Of a DNA stretch of 64,000 nucleotides, positions 59,040 through 64,000 are shown piece after piece. The position numbers and the translations under genes are program-made. The notes below the pieces were generated by a model that was not told the origin of the DNA, made no database searches, and was given only the letters and a program-made list of their open reading frames with translations. The stretch lies in assembly GCA_024742575.1 (NCBI GenBank), contig JANSYF010000002.1, forward strand, positions 17,352 through 81,351, read 5' to 3'. Within the stretch, counting starts at the first letter, position 1, and the number at the start of each line of letters is the position of its first letter. This stretch comes from Paracoccaceae bacterium (GTDB taxonomy: Bacteria > Pseudomonadota > Alphaproteobacteria > Rhodobacterales > Rhodobacteraceae).

Positions 59040-60082
59040 AGCAACGCGCCTGTGTAGGCCACACCCGACGTGCCAGTAACAACACCGATCCGCGAGACAG
59101 TCTCACCGGCATCTTCGAGCACCGCAGTTACCGCGTCGGCGCGATCTGCGGCCACAGAAACGATCATGCCGATGCCGCAGTTGAAGGTCTTAAGCAGTTC
59201 CGCCTCGGCCATTCCGCCGGTGGCTGCCAGCCATTTGAACACAGGCGGCAAATCCCACGCGCCAAGGTCAATTTCGGCGCCCATGCCTTCGGGCAAGACA
59301 CGCGGCAGGTTCTCGGTCAGGCCTCCGCCCGTAATATGCGCCAGCGCATGTACGCCGCCTGCTTTCACGGCGCTGAGCGCCTGCGTCACATAAAGCCGTG
59401 TCGGTGTCAGAAGTGCCGCACCCAACGTTCCTTCGGCCCATGGGCAGCCGGCTTCCCAACCAAGACCGGAAACCTCGACCAGTTTTCGAACAAGGCTGTA
59501 ACCGTTGGAATGCACACCGTCCGAGGCCAGACCCAGCAGCAAATCACCTTCGGCCACGCCCGACGGCAGATCCGTGCCCCGCTCCATCGCGCCCACGGCA
59601 AAGCCCGCAAGGTCAAAATCGCCCGCCGGATACATGCCCGGCATTTCCGCCGTTTCACCGCCGATCAAGGCGCAACCCGACCGTGCGCAGCCTTCGGCGA
59701 TGCCTTCGATGACCCGCGCCGCCGTGTCGGTGTCGAGCTTACCTGTCGCGAAATAATCAAGGAAAAACAAAGGCTCCGCGCCTTGGCAGACCAGATCGTT
59801 CACACACATCGCCACAAGGTCAATCCCCACGCCATCCACATGGCCCGTGTCAATCGCAATCCGCAGCTTGGTGCCCACACCATCGGTCGCCGCCACCAGC
59901 ACCGGATCAGTGAAGCCAGCCCCCTTGAGGTCAAACAGCGCCCCAAAGCCACCCAGCCCTGACATCACACCCGGCCGCGCCGTGCGCTTGGCCGCGGGTT
60001 TGATCCGCTCGACCAGAGCATTCCCTGCGTCGATATCCACACCCGCATCCGCGTAGGTGATGCCGTTTTTGCCGTCTGTCAT
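59036..60082 (-). CDS. purM: AIR synthetase
   Basis: [40 protein letters not shown]. Confidence 0.96.
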   Translation of the reverse strand: MTDGKNGITYADAGVDIDAGNALVERIKPAAKRTARPGVMSGLGGFGALFDLKGAGFTDPVLVAATDGVGTKLRIAIDTGHVDGVGIDLVAMCVNDLVCQGAEPLFFLDYFATGKLDTDTAARVIEGIAEGCARSGCALIGGETAEMPGMYPAGDFDLAGFAVGAMERGTDLPSGVAEGDLLLGLASDGVHSNGYSLVRKLVEVSGLGWEAGCPWAEGTLGAALLTPTRLYVTQALSAVKAGGVHALAHITGGGLTENLPRVLPEGMGAEIDLGAWDLPPVFKWLAATGGMAEAELLKTFNCGIGMIVSVAADRADAVTAVLEDAGETVSRIGVVTGTSGVAYTGALL

Positions 60083-60196
60083 GCTGCACCCTCCGAAGGT
60101 CGCGCGTGCCTTAGCGCAGGCTTAAGCACGAGTCCATCATCCGTGTGCCACACCTCTTGACGCGCCCCGGTTGTCTGGTACTGAAACACACATGGC

Positions 60197-60273
60197 GGGC
60201 CTGTAGCTCAATTGGTTAGAGCAGAGCGCTCATAACGCTTTGGTTGCGGGTTCAAGTCCTGCCGGGCCTACCA
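60197..60273 (+). tRNA. tRNA with CAT anticodon, most likely tRNA-Ile2 (lysidine)
   Basis: GGGCCTG acceptor, AGCG-CTCATAA-CGCT arm, A73, CCA; lacks initiator features (C1:A72 mismatch, three G:C pairs). Confidence 0.88.
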
Positions 60274-60303
60274 TATTTTACCGCTTGGTAAAAAACGCCG
60301 CTT

Positions 60304-61023
60304 TTAGAAAATACACTTGCTGACATCCGGCGTTGTTGCCCGCCACCGAAGGGCGTCTGCAATCATCTTTGGCACGTCGCGGTGCAGACCGATGGGGTCC
60401 AAAACGATGCCTTGAAACCCGGACGCGGCAACCGCCTCTGGCAGATCGTCGAGTACATGGCCACGCTTTGCAGCAAAGAACGGCAGGCAGATGGCGTTTA
60501 CGCCCAACCCGCTCAAAGCGTCGGTCAACGACGGGTCATCCTCGACAAAGCCGCAGCGGACAGCGCGCGGGCCGAAATCCTCGGCCACGCGGTCGGCAAA
60601 GGCGTGGGTCGCCTCGGATACGCGGCGGGATTTGCCCGATCCATGTCCAGCAATGATCAGATCTGTAGCGTACGGTTCGAACCCGTGATCCGTACAAACC
60701 TGCCGCAACCAATTCGCGGCGAGCATCGGCAGGGTGCAGTCCAGACCGAAGCTGACCAGTTGCGGCCCTACGCCGTCGGCCAGCCGTTTGGGCAGTTGCA
60801 CCTGCGTGAACCAGCCATCGGCCATGAACATCGGATAAATCAGCGCGCCGGGTCGGTCCGCCGACAGCGCCTCGATCCGGCCTTCGGCGGCCAGCGTCAC
60901 GCCCTCAATCCGGGCCTCGGGCAGGTGTGTCGCCACGGCAGCGGCAAGGGCTGCGATTTCTGCCTCGCCCACATCGGGGTCCGAAGGTTGGCCGTGGCTG
61001 ACGATCAGCGCGTCGAAGGACAT
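60304..61023 (-). CDS. cbiX: CbiX/SirB-type chelatase-like protein
   Basis: VSHGQPSD, PMFMA.GWF, AGHGS, GHVLDDLP. Confidence 0.7.
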   Translation of the reverse strand: MSFDALIVSHGQPSDPDVGEAEIAALAAAVATHLPEARIEGVTLAAEGRIEALSADRPGALIYPMFMADGWFTQVQLPKRLADGVGPQLVSFGLDCTLPMLAANWLRQVCTDHGFEPYATDLIIAGHGSGKSRRVSEATHAFADRVAEDFGPRAVRCGFVEDDPSLTDALSGLGVNAICLPFFAAKRGHVLDDLPEAVAASGFQGIVLDPIGLHRDVPKMIADALRWRATTPDVSKCIF

Positions 61024-61053
61024 GGGGTGCTCCGGGTTGGTTCATGGAGCGAT

Positions 61054-61821
61054 TTAGCGCGGGGCCATGCGAATGGCACCATCCAATCGGATCACTTCGC
61101 CGTTGAGCATCTGATTCTCAACAATGTGGCGCACCAATTGTGCGTATTCCGATGCCCCGCCGAGGCGCGACGGAAACGGCACCTGCGCACCAAGGCTGTC
61201 CTGCACCTCTTGCGGCAATCCTTCCAGCAAGGGCGTCTTGAACAGCCCCGGCGCGATCGCACAGATGCGGATGCCAAGCTGCGCAAGATCGCGGGCCATC
61301 GGCAGCGTCATGCCGACGACTCCGCCCTTGGATGCCGCATAGGCCACCTGCCCCACCTGCCCTTCGTAAGCCGCGACAGAGGCAGTGTTAACAATCACGC
61401 CACGTGATCCGTCGGCATCCAGTGGGTCGTTCGTGGCCATCAAGGCGGCCGCCTGCGAGGCAACATTGAACGTGCCGATCAAATTGACACGGATCGTGTT
61501 TGCAAAAACCTGCGCATCATGCGGCGCGCCCTTGGACACGGTCTTTGCCGCCGGGGCGATTCCTGCGCAATTCACTGCAATATGGGCAGTGCCATATGCA
61601 GCTTTGACCGAGTCCATTGCGGCGGCGACGCTGGCCGGGTCGCTGACATCTGTTTTGACGAAGAGACCGCCATAGGCGTTGGCCCGCGCGTTTCCTTCAT
61701 TGTCGTTCATGTCAAGAATGACAATCTTAGCGCCAGCCTCGGCCAGAGCGATGGCTGCGGCGGCCCCAAGCCCCGATGCTCCGCCCGAAACAATTGCAAC
61801 CGTATCTTGCGTGATGATCAT
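61054..61821 (-). CDS. SDR, 3-hydroxyacyl-CoA dehydrogenase type II (HSD17B10-like)
   Basis: [44 protein letters not shown]. Confidence 0.9.
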   Translation of the reverse strand: MIITQDTVAIVSGGASGLGAAAAIALAEAGAKIVILDMNDNEGNARANAYGGLFVKTDVSDPASVAAAMDSVKAAYGTAHIAVNCAGIAPAAKTVSKGAPHDAQVFANTIRVNLIGTFNVASQAAALMATNDPLDADGSRGVIVNTASVAAYEGQVGQVAYAASKGGVVGMTLPMARDLAQLGIRICAIAPGLFKTPLLEGLPQEVQDSLGAQVPFPSRLGGASEYAQLVRHIVENQMLNGEVIRLDGAIRMAPR

Positions 61822-62032
61822 GGCTTCTCTTCCTCTATGTCGTGACAGTCATCCGAGGTGATGCAATGCGATCCTTTCTGAAGTGTTTCGAGCTGGAAAA
61901 ACAAGGCCACGCTGTGCACCGCAATTCATAGGCTGTGCTAGCGCGTTGCAACGGGCTTTGACACGCGATTTCGAAATCGCGTATCAAGCGCCTTCGAAGG
62001 CGCTTCCCGCCGACACCAACGCAGGTTTCCTT

Positions 62033-62959
62033 TTGGCCAAAACGAAGAAGCGCAAACACCCCCCCGGTGGCTGGCAGGACTGGATGACCGACCGCGTCTT
62101 GCGGGGGGCCATCTGGTGTGCCCTGCGACTCCCGGTCCGTGCACGACTGTGGCTCATGGGACGGCTGATCCGCCATGTGGTGGCGCCGCTAGCTGGTTAT
62201 CGCGACCGTGCGATGGACAACCTTGCCCATGTCTGGCCCGAGATGGGCATTCTGGACCGTCGCCGTTTGGCCGATCTGGTGGCCGACAATGCCGGGCGCA
62301 CAATGATCGACAATTATGATGTCAAAGGTTTGATGCGGCGCATGGCCAAGGCCGAGATCCGCGGCGATGGTCTGGCCGCAGTAGAACAAGCCCGCGCCGA
62401 AGGGCGTCCGGTGCTGTTCGTCACTGGGCATTTCGGAAACTTCGAAGCCCCACGCGCCGCATTGGTGGCACGGGGATACCGCATCGGCGGGTTGTACCGT
62501 CCGATGTCCAACCCGTTCTTCAACGCGCATTACGCCGCCAACATGCACGCTTTGTCCGACCCCGTGTTCGAACAGGGGCGGCGCGGCACGATGGGATTGA
62601 TCAAGCATATCCGCGAAGGTGGCATGGGTGTATTATTGTTCGACGTCTATGACAGTGCGGGCGTGCCAATCGACTTTATGGGGCAGCCCGCCCCAACGTT
62701 GACCTCGGCCGCAGATATCGCGCTCAAGACCGGGGCGCTGATGGTGCCGTTCTTTGGCATCCGCAAGAAGGATGGCATCAGCTTTGACGTGGTGTTCGAA
62801 ACACCTGTCCCGCATGGCGACCCTGTCGAGATGATGCGCGACGCCACAGCCCGGCTTGAGGCGCGGATTCGGGAAAATCCTGATCAATGGTTCTGGATTC
62901 ACCGCCGCTGGAAACCCAAGCGTCAGCGCAAGCGGGCAGCCGCCAAAATGGGTCCGTGA
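62033..62959 (+). CDS. Lipid A lauroyl/lysophospholipid acyltransferase (LpxL/HtrB family)
   Basis: GHFGNFE, PDQWFWIHRRWK; start uncertain (TTG chosen). Confidence 0.85.
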   Translation: MAKTKKRKHPPGGWQDWMTDRVLRGAIWCALRLPVRARLWLMGRLIRHVVAPLAGYRDRAMDNLAHVWPEMGILDRRRLADLVADNAGRTMIDNYDVKGLMRRMAKAEIRGDGLAAVEQARAEGRPVLFVTGHFGNFEAPRAALVARGYRIGGLYRPMSNPFFNAHYAANMHALSDPVFEQGRRGTMGLIKHIREGGMGVLLFDVYDSAGVPIDFMGQPAPTLTSAADIALKTGALMVPFFGIRKKDGISFDVVFETPVPHGDPVEMMRDATARLEARIRENPDQWFWIHRRWKPKRQRKRAAAKMGP

Positions 62960-63621
62960 CCCTTTTTCTGTACCAGCACAACAATTGGTGCCGAGCCTGA
63001 AACAGAGACCGAGGACGACAGCGGCGAACGCCCATTCCAGTCTCCGATATCGGACCATTCGGTTACGATATGGCTATAGGCCAGTTTTTTCCCAGCGTTT
63101 TCCCCTCGTGGAATGCTGACCGTTTCAGAGGGCGTGTAGCGGACAAGGAAGATATCCGCATCAGCCAACCCAGACGCAGCAGGTGCGCTGATCGTCAACT
63201 GATTGCCCGACCGTTTCAGGGTCAACGGAACCGTCAAACCTTTGGCAGCATGGGCTTGTACCTGATCGGTCACATCCATCGGACGGTTGCCGACCACATC
63301 GGTCACACCGTTGACCACCATTTGTGGGGTGTAGATTGACCGACTGCCGAACGAGCGCGCATACCCTTTTTGGCGCTTGGTAAAAGCAGCGTGGGCGAAT
63401 TTGTCTTTCCAGCCAATATAATCCCAGTAATCCACGTGCAGGGCCAACGCGATCACGTTGTCGCGTTCCCCGAGGCGGGCAAGCATCTCATCGGCAGGTG
63501 GACAGGACGAGCAGCCTTGCGATGTATACAGCTCGACCACAACCGGTGTATCTTGGGCCAACGCTGCCGTTGCACTCACACCGACGATCATTGCCGTTAC
63601 CAAAGCAAAAAGCCTGTTCAT
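62923..63621 (-). CDS. DUF1223 thioredoxin-like secreted protein
   Basis: Signal peptide; VVELYTSQGCSSCPPAD, HVDYWDYIGWKD, YTPQ. Confidence 0.88.
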   Translation of the reverse strand: MNRLFALVTAMIVGVSATAALAQDTPVVVELYTSQGCSSCPPADEMLARLGERDNVIALALHVDYWDYIGWKDKFAHAAFTKRQKGYARSFGSRSIYTPQMVVNGVTDVVGNRPMDVTDQVQAHAAKGLTVPLTLKRSGNQLTISAPAASGLADADIFLVRYTPSETVSIPRGENAGKKLAYSHIVTEWSDIGDWNGRSPLSSSVSVSGSAPIVVLVQKKGHGPILAAARLR

Positions 63622-63835
63622 TCCACTGTTTTCCTGAGCTTGATGATGTCTCAAGACAGATAGACATACTGGACTGAAATAACCAATCAAGGTTTTGCGA
63701 TAGCCCGCGATCAGTTTGGCACCGCCCAATTGTGCACAATAGTATACCAAAATTGACGCACCCCCCTTGATCGACTCCTTGGCATGATGCAAAGAGCGGC
63801 AAGAGACCCGTTTTCCCCCTTTGAGGAGCCCAGTC

Positions 63836-64000
63836 ATGCCCATCATCGTTGGTCAGGATACAGCCAAGACTCGTAAGACCCTTACGGTCAACGGCCAGTC
63901 CATCGCCTATTACTCGATCCCTGCAGCTGAAGCAGCCGGTTTGGGGACGTTTTCGAACCTCCCTGCCTGTTTGAAAGTCGTACTGGAAAACATGCTACGT
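63836..64000 (+). CDS. acnA: Aconitate hydratase A, N-terminal part (runs off the window)
   Basis: GAGGAG SD; own translation MPIIVGQDTAKTRKTL..YYSIPAA..LP.CLKVVLENMLR. Confidence 0.85.
   Translation, partial: MPIIVGQDTAKTRKTLTVNGQSIAYYSIPAAEAAGLGTFSNLPACLKVVLENMLR

Noticed and set aside
60197-60273. tRNA-Met/fMet call
   Set aside because: Lacks initiator determinants and its acceptor stem fits the Ile2 type; elongator Met is not fully excluded.

Overview
GC-rich chromosomal segment typical of a Roseobacter-group/Rhodobacteraceae alphaproteobacterium (taxon inferred from gene content and order). The core backbone contains a liv-type ABC transporter, tatABC, nrdJ, pdxH, fabI, gpt, trpE, sufE, rnd, purMN, the 5' end of acnA and three tRNAs (Asn, Pro, Ile2). 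The most notable accessory region is a ~20 kb catabolic block directly downstream of tRNA-Asn (10.5-30.9 kb). It has a FadR regulator with a perfect palindromic operator, two uptake systems (NitT/TauT ABC and TctABC), a two-subunit Mo-hydroxylase, a 4,5-dihydroxyphthalate-decarboxylase-like enzyme, a cyclic amidohydrolase plus hydantoin racemase, a DHDPS-like aldolase, an FAH hydrolase, a TauE exporter, OsmC, and a His-rich LVIVD propeller with an HTH-like insert. I recognise no characterised pathway with this gene set, so it is the best candidate for an undescribed system (probably N-heterocycle catabolism). Also notable: a WYL regulator beside a self-sufficient B12 reductive dehalogenase, an anti-sigma-less Cys-bearing ECF sigma facing a secreted EF-hand protein, a FIST/hybrid kinase/LuxR module, a split methionine-synthase-type folate operon, a four-copy REP-like repeat family, and NrdR plus paired DnaA boxes upstream of nrdJ. 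No CRISPR array, transposase or integrase was seen. All calls come from motif reading; no database searches were run.
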